From the NCBI GenBank assembly GCA_037441845.1, contig JBBIRK010000003.1:160001-224000 (forward strand): a stretch of DNA of 64,000 bases, written 5' to 3'. Positions 8,732 to 19,058 of this stretch are shown in pieces. The notes beneath the pieces were generated by a model. That model worked only from the letters and a program-made list of their open reading frames with translations. It did not search any database and had not been told where the DNA came from. The stretch is from Candidatus Zixiibacteriota bacterium (GTDB taxonomy: Bacteria; Zixibacteria; MSB-5A5; UBA10806; 4484-95). Numbering within the stretch: position 1 is the first letter of the stretch; every line of letters begins with the position of its first letter. Position numbers and translations under genes: made by a program.

Positions 8732-10540
8732 GTGAACCTCGGCAAAGCCAAAATATTCAGCGGTTATGAGATCGAGATCAAAATTTCGTTGGTCTTGTTG
8801 ATCGCCTTCTTGCTATCACTCAATTTTCTGTCTTCTTTCGCCATGAAGCGGGCCAGGCTTGCGCTGCAAAATAAATCGCAATCGCAGATAGAATTGGCTT
8901 TGACCGCGATAAAAACTGCTATCGAGGAAAGCGGCTATAACCTTCCCGAGGCCCAATTCCTGAAACGGGTCGCCATCGCAGGCGCGGTGGACAAGATCGA
9001 AATATCCGACAGCCTCGGCAACAGATTGCTGGCGATATTGGCCGAGCCCGAATCAACGCCCGATACGAGCTCGGCGGTCTCCGGGAATACCGTGATTATC
9101 GATAAAAACGGCAGGAGCCTTTACTCGATTTATGTCCGCGGCTCCGGCAGGGAGGAGGCGGCCATCGCCAGGCTTGCAATTCTGGATGCCGTTTTCAGAG
9201 GCTTCGGGCTTCTCGCCGGATTGGCGGTCGCGGCGCTGCTCATTCGTTTCGTCATGAATCCATATCGCAAAATCAAGAGCCAGGCACAGAAATTGAATCT
9301 CGACCTGAGAGGCACGAATAGCACCGACAGTGTCGAATATGTGGTGGCAATGTTTCAGGAGATTATCAGCCGGCTGAAACAGAAGGAAGAAGTTCTTCAA
9401 CGCATGTATGATGATTCGGAGAAGCGGGTGGAATCACTCGAACGCTACAACGAATATATCCTCGGCAGCATCTCCACCGGCGTTATAATTTGCGATAAAA
9501 AGGGGATTATAACCCGATTCAACCGGGCCGCACGGAGGATAACCGGCATCGAAAAAGCCGAGGAAAACCAACAGGCGCTTGCGGAGGTATTCGGAAAAAA
9601 TCACCAGATAACCAAGCTGATGAACGAGGCCCTACGCGGCGTTACCTATTCGCGCCGGGAGCTGGAAATGCTGCGTGGCGACGGGTCGCGTCAATGGATC
9701 GGTCTTTCCACTTCTCAAATTTTCGATAACGAAGATAATCGTATCGGGGCGGCGGTTCTGCTTACTGACTTGACCAAAATCAAACAGATGCAAGCCCTGA
9801 TAGACTATCAGGATAAAATTTCGGCTCTGGGTAGGCTTTCGGCGGGTCTGGCTCATGAACTCCGCAATTCCATCGCCGCCATCGTCGGATTCGGCAAGCT
9901 GTTGAAAAAACATGGGCTGGACGACCATTCTATGGCCATCGCCGACAACATCCTAACCGAAGCTTTAGCCACCGAGGAAATGCTTTCGCGATTCCTCGAT
10001 TTCGCCCGTCCGATCAAACTTCAACCCAAGCCGTTTGACCTCGCTGAGGCTATCGAAAGCTGCATAGATCAGTGCAAAAATCTTTATGACCGCAGTAGCA
10101 TAAGTATCCGTTTCGTTTCAAAAACGGTCGATACCGTTTTCGAGGGTGATCCGGTTTTGCTGAAAACTGCGTTCCGCAATTTGCTGATCAACTCGTATCA
10201 GGCGATAGGGGAGAGCGGCCATATTGAAGTGAAACTTGAACATGATCGGAAAAACAATTCGTTCGTAATCAAGTTCTGCGATGACGGCCCCGGAATCGAA
10301 AATGAATTACTGCCGAAAATATTCGAGCCGTTTTTCACCACCAAGGAAAAGGGGACCGGTTTAGGGATGGCTATCGCCAAAAAGATAATCAGCGCCCATT
10401 TCGGAGAAATCGTGATCTCGAGTCGGCCGGGACAGACGATCGTGACTATCACGTTGCCGATCGATCAAACGATTCGCACTGAAACTTCGATTAATTCCGA
10501 TGAAAGCTATGTCGCGCAGCTTATTCGTGAGCAAAGCTGA
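8732..10540 (+). CDS. Membrane PAS-domain sensor histidine kinase (NtrB/PilS-like)
   Basis: Two TM helices, PAS domain, H-box LAHELRN, N-box, DDGPGI, FEPFFTTK and GTGLG. Confidence 0.9.
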   Translation: MNLGKAKIFSGYEIEIKISLVLLIAFLLSLNFLSSFAMKRARLALQNKSQSQIELALTAIKTAIEESGYNLPEAQFLKRVAIAGAVDKIEISDSLGNRLLAILAEPESTPDTSSAVSGNTVIIDKNGRSLYSIYVRGSGREEAAIARLAILDAVFRGFGLLAGLAVAALLIRFVMNPYRKIKSQAQKLNLDLRGTNSTDSVEYVVAMFQEIISRLKQKEEVLQRMYDDSEKRVESLERYNEYILGSISTGVIICDKKGIITRFNRAARRITGIEKAEENQQALAEVFGKNHQITKLMNEALRGVTYSRRELEMLRGDGSRQWIGLSTSQIFDNEDNRIGAAVLLTDLTKIKQMQALIDYQDKISALGRLSAGLAHELRNSIAAIVGFGKLLKKHGLDDHSMAIADNILTEALATEEMLSRFLDFARPIKLQPKPFDLAEAIESCIDQCKNLYDRSSISIRFVSKTVDTVFEGDPVLLKTAFRNLLINSYQAIGESGHIEVKLEHDRKNNSFVIKFCDDGPGIENELLPKIFEPFFTTKEKGTGLGMAIAKKIISAHFGEIVISSRPGQTIVTITLPIDQTIRTETSINSDESYVAQLIREQS

Positions 10541-10714
10541 AGATTTCCTTCAACTTTCGTCCGATTTTCCGACGTTTCGTTTTGCAATGATTATTCAACG
10601 CAACAGCAAGTTCGGGAATATTATTCGAAAAATATATTGATCTTGCCGATAAAGATATTAGTGGAAGAATAAATGGCAAAAAAATAGACTATTTGATAGA
10701 GGATCGACATCGCC

Positions 10715-12025
10715 GTGGATAAAAAAATAGTCCTCGCCAGAATCGGCAAAATCAAGGAACTATCTTCGCCGCCCACGCTTTTACAAGGGATTCTCGACCT
10801 GATTAATTCGCCCGATGTCTCCGCCAAGGCGCTCGCGGATGTAATTCTTAAAGATCCCGCTCTGACGGCTCGGGTTTTGAAAATCGCCAATTCGTCGTTT
10901 TACGGATATTATAAAAAGATAACGACCGTAAATCAGGCGGTCGTGGTGATGGGTATAAATGCGGTAAAATATTTTATACTCTCCATAACCGTTCTGAACC
11001 AGCTTCTTTCTCAGAAAGATAAGAGTCGCATCAATCATAAGCACCTCTGGACCAATATTCTTGAATCAGCGGCGGCGGCGCGCGGCATCGCCGCGGGAAT
11101 AAAGTATGCCCAGCCTGAGGAAGCCTATGTAGCCGGTCTCTTGCACGATCTGGGCATTATAATTCTCGAAAAAGAGTTCCCAGAAGAGTATCAATCGGCG
11201 CTCCGCTTGGTTGCCGGCGGTAAACTTCTACACGAGGCCGAAAACGAAATTTTCGGCCTGGATCACCAATTTATAATCGGGCAAATGGCCAATAACTGGA
11301 ATCTTCCGTCGCTGATCACCGACTCGATCATACTTCATCACCCCACGACCGAAACGGATGTGCAGAATATGCCCCTGATAGCCAAAATGGTGGCCTTGGC
11401 CGATTGTATCGCCTCGGTGCCTTTCGATGAAATGCGCAATCTGACGATCGCCGAAAAGAGACTTCACTTGATGAACGCCCTGGCCAGTGCTTTGGGTATC
11501 GATCAGGATATGTTAATAGAGATTCATAAGAAACTCGCCGATGAAGTGGTAGTCTCGGCCTCCACCATGGACCTCGATATAGGGGATGCCGTGGATATTT
11601 TGTCTCGGAGCAACGCCGAGCTCTTCAAAATCTATCTCGAACTTGCCGCCTTGTTCAAAGAACGGCGGGAATTAAGCCGCGAGATCCTTCACGAAGAAAG
11701 AATGGAGGCAACCCTCGAATCGCTTAAAATAGCCCTGGCGACGCTGTCGCATTATATTAACAACGCCACGATGAATATCAGCGGCAAGTGCGAATTGCTG
11801 CGGATGATAATGTCGCAGAAGGGAATCGAAGGCGTCAAGCAGAACCTTCCGGGATTCATCGATTCGATAGAAAAATCGGTGAAAAGGATCACCCTTGTGC
11901 TCGATCACCTATCAAAAGTATCCTCGATAGAAACCTTGAATTTCTTCAGCCATTCCAAAGCGATAGATATAGAAAACGATATCAAAGCCAAACTTTCCAA
12001 ACAGCTGGAAAGCATCGAAGTGTAG
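10715..12025 (+). CDS. HDOD-domain protein with a C-terminal DHp-like helix
   Basis: DPALTARVLKIANS, AYVAGLLHDLG and E.EIFGLDH; C-terminal ATLSHYINN. Confidence 0.85.
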   Translation: MDKKIVLARIGKIKELSSPPTLLQGILDLINSPDVSAKALADVILKDPALTARVLKIANSSFYGYYKKITTVNQAVVVMGINAVKYFILSITVLNQLLSQKDKSRINHKHLWTNILESAAAARGIAAGIKYAQPEEAYVAGLLHDLGIIILEKEFPEEYQSALRLVAGGKLLHEAENEIFGLDHQFIIGQMANNWNLPSLITDSIILHHPTTETDVQNMPLIAKMVALADCIASVPFDEMRNLTIAEKRLHLMNALASALGIDQDMLIEIHKKLADEVVVSASTMDLDIGDAVDILSRSNAELFKIYLELAALFKERRELSREILHEERMEATLESLKIALATLSHYINNATMNISGKCELLRMIMSQKGIEGVKQNLPGFIDSIEKSVKRITLVLDHLSKVSSIETLNFFSHSKAIDIENDIKAKLSKQLESIEV

Positions 12026-12187
12026 TATCAAAACATTCTGCGATAATATACCGATCGATTATTCCTGATGCCAACTGAATGCCAACTGAACTTGTTCAGG
12101 CGCAGTCAATTCCGCCGCAAAAAAACGCGAATCGTCCGTATTTATATGAGATTGTTTACTCAGCCAAGCCCTGAAGTCGGCACAATT

Positions 12188-13027
12188 CTATTTTTGGGAC
12201 CTGGCGGCCGGCGAACCGGCGACGATTTTGCCGATGATCGGAATCGTGATTCGGCTGTCGGGGCGCCCCTCCGCCTGAAGTGTCACCGAAGAGGCAAACG
12301 GTCCCTCGGCGATACTTTTATTTAATTCTATCTTAAGGTCTGTCGATTGTTTCGGTTTCAAAGTTTTATTGCCGAGCGTGACCTTGATGAAATCCGGCGA
12401 AGGTGTTTCAATCAAGACGAGATTCATAGCCGTTGAATCGATATTGGTAAGACTGAGCTTCATCTCCGCCTTCTTGCCTTTGGCGACTTCCTTGAAATCG
12501 GCCTCGAGCGGCGAGGATTCGATTATCTGCAACGGATTGTTGATATTGGCTTTGAACCGCAACTCGAGAAACGGATTAAGATCGTCGTTGCATTCGACCC
12601 TGATTCCTTTGGTGACCCTGCCGTTGAATCTGCCGGAGTCGAATATCACGTCGATACTCGATCGTCCGCCGGGAGGGACCACGATTTGTTCTTTCTTGGT
12701 CGAGGTGCAACCGCAAGTCGGCTTGACTTTAGTCACGATCAACGTGTCTTTACCTTCGTTGCTGAACCAGTAATTATGGGTGACTTTCGCGCCTTTGGCC
12801 AGCGAACCGAAATCGAAATCGGTTTCGTCGAATTTGATTCTGGCCTTGGTTAATTTAACCGGACTGGCCGCTTTTTCCTGCCCGGTCGGAGTGATCGCCT
12901 TGGTTTTTATCCAGTCCTGCAGGGTGGGCCGATTGGCGGTGTCTTCGGCTGCCTCCTGTCCGAAAACCGGGCAAGCAAACGCCATTAAAAAAAACGACAG
13001 CAACAGAGTAGTAAACGGCTTTTTCAT
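12188..13027 (-). CDS. DUF1573-domain secreted protein
   Basis: Signal peptide; FDFG...FSNEGKDTLIVTKVKPTCGCT...VPPG. Confidence 0.85.
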   Translation of the reverse strand: MKKPFTTLLLSFFLMAFACPVFGQEAAEDTANRPTLQDWIKTKAITPTGQEKAASPVKLTKARIKFDETDFDFGSLAKGAKVTHNYWFSNEGKDTLIVTKVKPTCGCTSTKKEQIVVPPGGRSSIDVIFDSGRFNGRVTKGIRVECNDDLNPFLELRFKANINNPLQIIESSPLEADFKEVAKGKKAEMKLSLTNIDSTAMNLVLIETPSPDFIKVTLGNKTLKPKQSTDLKIELNKSIAEGPFASSVTLQAEGRPDSRITIPIIGKIVAGSPAARSQK

Positions 13028-13070
13028 AATAATACTCCTTTGGCGTAATCTAATGCCGTTTCCGCCGATG

Positions 13071-14063
13071 TCAAGACGGTAAATACCCCATTTTTTTCAT
13101 CCATGTATCCGAATATAACTTTGAAAGATATCGATTGCCCGAATCGGGCAAAATGATCACTACTTTACCATGAATCCTGTGCTGCTCGGCGAGTCGGATC
13201 GCCGCGGACACCACGGCACCGCTGGAACCGCCGGCGAAAATCCCCTCGACTCGGGCCAGTCGACGCGCCGTCAGCATCGCCTCGCGGTCGCTGATTTGGA
13301 TCATATCGTCGATCACCGAAAAATCGAGCGCTTTAACCGGTTTGTCGCTGCCGATCCCCTCGATTTCGTAGTGCGAAGCCGCGATCACCTCGCCGGTGCG
13401 GAATTGATGCGACAAGATCGATCCCTCGCTGTCAACCGCGATTATCTTTATGCGCGGGTTGCGCTCTTTCAAAAATCTTCCCACGCCCGATACCGTGCCG
13501 CCGGTTCCGGCTCCGATTACCGCGCAATCAACATCACCGTTCATCTGCTCCCAGATCTCCGGGCCGGTCGTCCGGTAATGACAGGTGATATTGGCCGGAT
13601 TGTTGTATTGGTCAAGGTAAATGCAATCGCTTATTTGAGAAGCAAGGCGTGCCGCGACACTGTAATTCGAACGGGGATCATCGGCCTGCACCGTATGCGG
13701 AGTGAGCACCAGTTCGGCTCCGTAAAGTTTCATCATATTCTGTTTTTCTTCGCTGTTTTTATCGCTCATAACCAATACCGCCCGATAGTTTTTCAACGAG
13801 CAAATCATAGCCACGGCTATGCCGGTGTTCCCCGAGGTTACCTCGACCACCGTTCCTCCGGGCCTTAAAGCACCGCGTCGTTCCGCATCCTCTATCAGAT
13901 ACAGCGCCAGCCGATCTTTCAGCGAACCGGTGGGATTGAACATTTCGAGCTTGGCGAAAAGCGACACCGGCGATTCAGGGGCGATTTTATCCAGTTTCAA
14001 AAGCGGAGTGTTGCCTATAAGGCGGGTGAATCTGTCGATCAGCATCGTGGTTTGCAATTGCAT
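13071..14063 (-). CDS. PLP-dependent cysteine synthase / cystathionine beta-synthase family protein
   Basis: IGNTPL, KLEMFNPTGSLKDR, TSGNTG, GAGTGGT and GGSSG. Confidence 0.92.
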   Translation of the reverse strand: MQLQTTMLIDRFTRLIGNTPLLKLDKIAPESPVSLFAKLEMFNPTGSLKDRLALYLIEDAERRGALRPGGTVVEVTSGNTGIAVAMICSLKNYRAVLVMSDKNSEEKQNMMKLYGAELVLTPHTVQADDPRSNYSVAARLASQISDCIYLDQYNNPANITCHYRTTGPEIWEQMNGDVDCAVIGAGTGGTVSGVGRFLKERNPRIKIIAVDSEGSILSHQFRTGEVIAASHYEIEGIGSDKPVKALDFSVIDDMIQISDREAMLTARRLARVEGIFAGGSSGAVVSAAIRLAEQHRIHGKVVIILPDSGNRYLSKLYSDTWMKKMGYLPS

Positions 14064-14329
14064 ACTATTTATACTCCAATCGGCGCGGGAGGTTGCGCCA
14101 AAAGGTGATTTCTTATTTTTCCTTAAGCGGTATTTTCCAGACCGATAATTATTTGCCGATTACTATTCCTCTACGATAAGAAATTATTCGATCATGCCGC
14201 CGATTATACATACATTAAGACGTCCGGTCAATCGAAAAGGCCGCGTTTATAATTAACGGCCTGTTCCAAAAAGTGCTTGCTATCCGCATGGCAGGGTGTA
14301 ATAATCATGGCTAATTAGGAAGGCGGCAA

Positions 14330-15613
14330 ATGAGAATTCTGGTTATCGGCAAGGGGGGAAGAGAGCATGCTATATGCTGGAAACTTTCCCTGTCCAGGAA
14401 CGTTTCCAAAATTTTCGTTGCGCCGGGAAATGCCGGTATGGCCGGAATTGCCGAAACCGTGCCCATCCCGTCCGATGACTTGCGAGGACTGGCCGATTTC
14501 GCCAAGTCCAATTCCATAGACCTGACCGTGGTCGGACCGGAGGCTCCGCTCACGATGGGTATTGTCGATGAGTTCGAAAGCCGCGGCCTAAAAATTTTCG
14601 GCCCTTCGAAAAAGGCCTCGGTCATTGAAGGCAGCAAGGCGTTCGCCAAAGATTTCATGCAGCGTTACCATATCCCAACCGCCAGTTTCCGGATTTTCGA
14701 CGGGCATTTCGAGGCGCTCGATTTCGTGAAATCGGCAGGTTATCCGTTGGTGGTTAAGGCCGATGGTTTGGCGGCGGGCAAGGGCGCAATTATCTGCCAA
14801 AATCCCGACGAAGCATGTGGGGCTGTAGAGAAACTAATGGTTCAAAAAATGTTCGGCAGCGCCGGCATGAAATTGGTGATCGAGGAATGTCTTGAGGGCG
14901 AAGAAGTGACCTTGATGGCGTTCACCGACGGCAAGAATATCGTGCCGATGGTGCCGTCGCAGGACCACAAGCGTATTTTCGACGGCGACCGGGGGCCGAA
15001 TACCGGCGGCATGGGAGCCTACGCACCAGCGACATTTATCGATCAGAGGCTGACCCAGACCTTGCAGGAGCAGATTCTCGAGCCGACTATCAGGGGGCTG
15101 GCGAAAGAAGGCAGAATCTACCGCGGCGTATTATATATGGGTCTTATGATTACCAATAGAGGCCCCAAAGTGCTCGAATATAATTGCCGGTTCGGCGATC
15201 CGGAGACTCAAGCGGTCCTGCCGTTGCTCGAAAGCGACCTGGCCGAAATTTTCGCCGATATCGCCGAGGGATTCATTCACACCGATGATGTCAGATGGTC
15301 CGATAAATCCGCAGCCTGTGTCGTCTTGGCCTCAGGCGGCTATCCCGATAACTACCGAACCGGCTTTCCGATAAACGGGATCGAGAATATCGCGCCGGAC
15401 GAAGGGCTGGTGTTTCATGCCGGAACGGCGATCGCCGACGGCAAATTAGTTACCGCCGGCGGCCGCGTTCTCGGAGTAACGGGCATTGGTGTCAATCTTA
15501 AAGAAGCGTTGCGAAACGCCTATCATTGCGTCGATAAAATCAATTTCGAGCAGATGCATTACCGCAAAGATATAGGGTGGCGCGCCAATAATCCACCTCG
15601 GGGGATAATGTGA
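14330..15613 (+). CDS. purD: Phosphoribosylamine-glycine ligase
   Basis: GGREHA, VVKADGLAAGKG, QDHKR, GPNTGGMGAY and EYNCRFGDPETQ. Confidence 0.97.
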   Translation: MRILVIGKGGREHAICWKLSLSRNVSKIFVAPGNAGMAGIAETVPIPSDDLRGLADFAKSNSIDLTVVGPEAPLTMGIVDEFESRGLKIFGPSKKASVIEGSKAFAKDFMQRYHIPTASFRIFDGHFEALDFVKSAGYPLVVKADGLAAGKGAIICQNPDEACGAVEKLMVQKMFGSAGMKLVIEECLEGEEVTLMAFTDGKNIVPMVPSQDHKRIFDGDRGPNTGGMGAYAPATFIDQRLTQTLQEQILEPTIRGLAKEGRIYRGVLYMGLMITNRGPKVLEYNCRFGDPETQAVLPLLESDLAEIFADIAEGFIHTDDVRWSDKSAACVVLASGGYPDNYRTGFPINGIENIAPDEGLVFHAGTAIADGKLVTAGGRVLGVTGIGVNLKEALRNAYHCVDKINFEQMHYRKDIGWRANNPPRGIM

Positions 15614-16077
15614 GCGATACGGCTGAAATTCTCGTCGTATTGGGAAGCAAATCGGATGAAAAAACGATGACCGAGTGCTTGAATGTTCTGGATAATTTCG
15701 GAGTCGCTTATAAGTGCGAAATCTGCTCGGCGCATCGCAATCCCGTGCGGACGATGGAATTGGCCAAAGCAGCCGCCGACTCGGGCATAAAGGTTATTAT
15801 CGCAGCGGCGGGAATGGCTGCGGCATTACCGGGCGTCATCGCCGCCAACACTTTTCTGCCGGTGATCGGTGTGCCTATGGCAGGTTCGGCGCTCGGCGGT
15901 GTCGATGCCTTATTGTCGATCGTCCAGATGCCGGCAGGCGTGCCGGTGGCGGCGACCGCTATCGGTTCGCACGGCGCAAAAAACGCAGCCCTTTTAGCGG
16001 TCCGGATACTTGCCTTGAATAATCCATCGCTGCATAAAAAGCTCGGTGCTTACATTAACGATCTCGCCAGGGGGTGA
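15610..16077 (+). CDS. purE: N5-CAIR mutase
   Basis: GSKSD, SAHRNP, AAGMAAALPG, PVIGVP and SIVQMPAGVPVA. Confidence 0.95.
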   Translation: MSDTAEILVVLGSKSDEKTMTECLNVLDNFGVAYKCEICSAHRNPVRTMELAKAAADSGIKVIIAAAGMAAALPGVIAANTFLPVIGVPMAGSALGGVDALLSIVQMPAGVPVAATAIGSHGAKNAALLAVRILALNNPSLHKKLGAYINDLARG

Positions 16078-16083
16078 TAAGTA

Positions 16084-16638
16084 ATGTTCGCGATCTTGAT
16101 TATTCTGTTGTTATTGTTCGGAATTCCGATCGTGTTGCTGATATCGATCTATAACCGACTGATAAACCTGCGCAACCGGGTAGATGAGACTTTCAGTCAG
16201 ATAGATGTTTTGCTCACCCGGCGGGCCGACTTGATTCCCAATCTCGTGGCCACGGTGAAAGGATATGCCGGCCACGAAAAATCGGTGCTCGAAAACGTTA
16301 CTCAGTCGAGGGGAGCTTTATTGAGCGCCTCCGCGCCTGCGGAAAGATTCGGCGCCAACGAGGGGCTTTCGGGAGCCCTGAAATCGCTTTTCGCGGTCGT
16401 GGAGAACTATCCCAATTTGAAAGCCGATCAGAATTTTCGGGAATTGCAGGCGCAATTGGCCGTCCTCGAGGAGGATATAGCACGATCGAGATCGATTTAC
16501 AACCAGACTGTGCGCGACTATAATACGCAGCAGCAAACTTTTCCGGCAAACTTATTCGCCTCGACTTTCGGACATAATCCGCGCCAATTTTATGAGGTCG
16601 TTTCGGAAAAAAAGGAGCCGCCGAAAGTATCTTTTTAG
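16084..16638 (+). CDS. lemA: LemA family protein
   Basis: N-terminal TM helix; YNRL...IDVLLTRRADLIPNLV..VKGYA.HE and ENYPNLKA. Confidence 0.93.
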   Translation: MFAILIILLLLFGIPIVLLISIYNRLINLRNRVDETFSQIDVLLTRRADLIPNLVATVKGYAGHEKSVLENVTQSRGALLSASAPAERFGANEGLSGALKSLFAVVENYPNLKADQNFRELQAQLAVLEEDIARSRSIYNQTVRDYNTQQQTFPANLFASTFGHNPRQFYEVVSEKKEPPKVSF

Positions 16639-16700
16639 GTTAAGCCTGTTTATAAAACGGCTTCGAAATAAATTGAAATAAGCTCAGGGGACCGTCGAAT

Positions 16701-17924
16701 ATGAACATATTGAACCTGATAGTATTCGAAGATGATCAGTGGGGCGGGTTTTATCCGATATCCGAAATGCACCCGATATTCGATCTCCTTATCGGTTGCC
16801 ATACCTTTCTCGAAAGATTGCGATTGTACTTTCGTCCGGCCGAGCTGTCGATAATCTGCCGCAAAGAGCTTGCCGATTTAACCCGCATACGTCATGAAAA
16901 TTCGGCCGTCAATGAGATCAAACCGGCCCGCTGCGATACCATATTGGTGAATTCATGCCTTAAGCCCGATACTGCCGTTTTTCAGGAATTGGTGTCGGCT
17001 AAACCGGACATATTGTATTTCGATGACGGCATTCTGCTCGGCGGCAAACTCACTGCCGGCTCCCTGAAACGGCTGGCCGATTGGATCTTGTCGCTGCCTG
17101 AAAACCCCTCGCTCATCGAATTCGAATTCCGCCGGAAAAGCTGGCCGCGCTATGCGAATCTCTGGGACATGATCGGCGATAACGCCCGGATGATCGAGTT
17201 CGACTATCGCAAAATGAAAAATCAGAAAAGCCGTTCGGGTGTATTTACGACTAAAGGGAAGGCGCTGGTGCATAAAAAGGCGAAAGTCGCACCGGGCGCA
17301 TATTTCGATACCGAAGCCGGTCCGATCGTAATCGATGAAGGCGTTTATATCGAGCCGCGCAGCCTTATCCAGGGACCGGCATATATCGGGCCAAATACGC
17401 GAATTATGGCCGGGCTGATAAGGGAAGGGTGCAGTATCGGCCCCGTATGCAAAGTGGGCGGCGAACTCGAGGAGTCGGTAATTTTAGGCTATTCCAATAA
17501 GTGCCACGAAGGATTTATCGGACATTCGTATATCGGAGAATGGGTGAATCTGGGCGCTCTCACCACCAATTCCGATCTGAAAAACAACTACACTTCGGTC
17601 AAAACAGTAGTAAAAGGGAAAGAATTCGACACCGGTATGATCAAAGTCGGCAGTTTGATCGGCGATCACACCAAAACCGGAATCGGAACTTTATTCAATA
17701 CCGGCATAGTTGTCGGTTTTTGCTGCAACTTGTTCGGCGGCGGGTTGTTCATGCAAAGGGAAATACCGTCGTTCACATGGGGAACCCCGAAATCCATGAT
17801 AAGGTTCGAATTGGATAAAGCAATCCAGATTGCCAAAATGGCGATGAGCCGGAGAAACGTCGATTTTACCGAATTCCACGAAAGGTTGTTTGAAACGCTC
17901 GCCGATAAATATGCAGAGGCGTGA
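16701..17924 (+). CDS. GlmU-related putative sugar nucleotidyltransferase/acyltransferase with a left-handed beta helix
   Basis: Hexapeptide repeats; SNKCHEGFIGHSYIGEWVNLGA.TTNSDLKNNY and GDHTKTGI. Confidence 0.8.
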   Translation: MNILNLIVFEDDQWGGFYPISEMHPIFDLLIGCHTFLERLRLYFRPAELSIICRKELADLTRIRHENSAVNEIKPARCDTILVNSCLKPDTAVFQELVSAKPDILYFDDGILLGGKLTAGSLKRLADWILSLPENPSLIEFEFRRKSWPRYANLWDMIGDNARMIEFDYRKMKNQKSRSGVFTTKGKALVHKKAKVAPGAYFDTEAGPIVIDEGVYIEPRSLIQGPAYIGPNTRIMAGLIREGCSIGPVCKVGGELEESVILGYSNKCHEGFIGHSYIGEWVNLGALTTNSDLKNNYTSVKTVVKGKEFDTGMIKVGSLIGDHTKTGIGTLFNTGIVVGFCCNLFGGGLFMQREIPSFTWGTPKSMIRFELDKAIQIAKMAMSRRNVDFTEFHERLFETLADKYAEA

Positions 17925-18031
17925 GCTTCTTCGAGTTTGTTATGTCGTAAGTTAAAATGCTTATTACAAACTGACGATAATGGAATGACGGAATCGATCA
18001 TATCTTTGATTTATAAGAATCGGAGGAAAAA

Positions 18032-19048
18032 TTGCCTGAACTGAGAAAAGATCCGATCGTCGGCAGATGGGTGATAATTTCCACGGAAAGAGGCAAACGC
18101 CCGACAGATTTTTCCAGTGCGGTCAAGGCCAAAGAGAGTAAACTTTGTCCTTTCTGCCCCTCGAACGAGAATTCGACGCCGCCGGAGGTTTATTCAATCA
18201 GAGAGAACGGATCGAGTCCCAATTCGCCCGGTTGGTCGATCAGGGTCGTGCCCAACAAATTTCCCGCTTTGCGTATTGAGGGTGATCTCAACCGCGAGGG
18301 GGAGGGTATTTACGACAAAATGAACGGCATCGGCGCCCATGAGGTGATAATCGAAACGCCGGATCATATGAAAGACCTGGTCGATCTCGAACCATCGCAG
18401 ATAGAAAAAATAATCCGCGCTTTCATCGAACGGATCAACGACCTTAAAAAAGATCCGAGATTCAAATATATACTTATTTTCAAAAATGAGGGTGAGGCGG
18501 CCGGCGCCTCGCTCGAGCATTCGCATTCCCAATTGATCGCCACCCCGATTTTGCCGAAGAGGGTGATCGAGGAGCTTCAGGGAGCCAAGAAGTATTACGA
18601 TTATAAGGAAAGATGTATATTCTGCGATATTATCAAGCAAGAACTCAATGAGAAAACGCGCGTTATCGCGAGCAATGACCTTTTCCTTTCTATAGAGCCG
18701 TTCGCCTCGAGATTCCCGTTCGAAACTTGGTTGTTGCCGCGTTACCATGAATCCCGGTTCGAAAATCTCACATCTCAGCAGTTGACGGGTCTGGTTGCGA
18801 TTCTCAAGGAATCGTTGCAGCGGTTGGCTCTGGCGCTGAACCGTCCGCCGTATAACATGATGATTCACACTTTGCCGCTGGATAGCCGTGATCAAAAGGA
18901 GTACCACTGGCACATCGAGATAATCCCCAAGCTCACCAAAGTCGCCGGTTTCGAATGGGGATCGGGATTTTATATCAATCCCACGATTCCCGAGGATGCC
19001 GCGAAATTTCTGAGAGAGCTCGAATTACAACCGGTGGCGGTGCATTGA
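18032..19048 (+). CDS. galT: Galactose-1-phosphate uridylyltransferase family (HIT) protein
   Basis: ELRKDP, CPFCP, VVPNKFPAL, GAHEVIIE, GASLEHSHSQ and YHWHIEIIP. Confidence 0.92.
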   Translation: MPELRKDPIVGRWVIISTERGKRPTDFSSAVKAKESKLCPFCPSNENSTPPEVYSIRENGSSPNSPGWSIRVVPNKFPALRIEGDLNREGEGIYDKMNGIGAHEVIIETPDHMKDLVDLEPSQIEKIIRAFIERINDLKKDPRFKYILIFKNEGEAAGASLEHSHSQLIATPILPKRVIEELQGAKKYYDYKERCIFCDIIKQELNEKTRVIASNDLFLSIEPFASRFPFETWLLPRYHESRFENLTSQQLTGLVAILKESLQRLALALNRPPYNMMIHTLPLDSRDQKEYHWHIEIIPKLTKVAGFEWGSGFYINPTIPEDAAKFLRELELQPVAVH

Positions 19049-19058
19049 GGGCTGTCTC

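Noticed and set aside
12700..12725. Selenocysteine recoding in the DUF1573 CGC motif
   Set aside because: Both positions are ordinary Cys codons and the ORF is uninterrupted.
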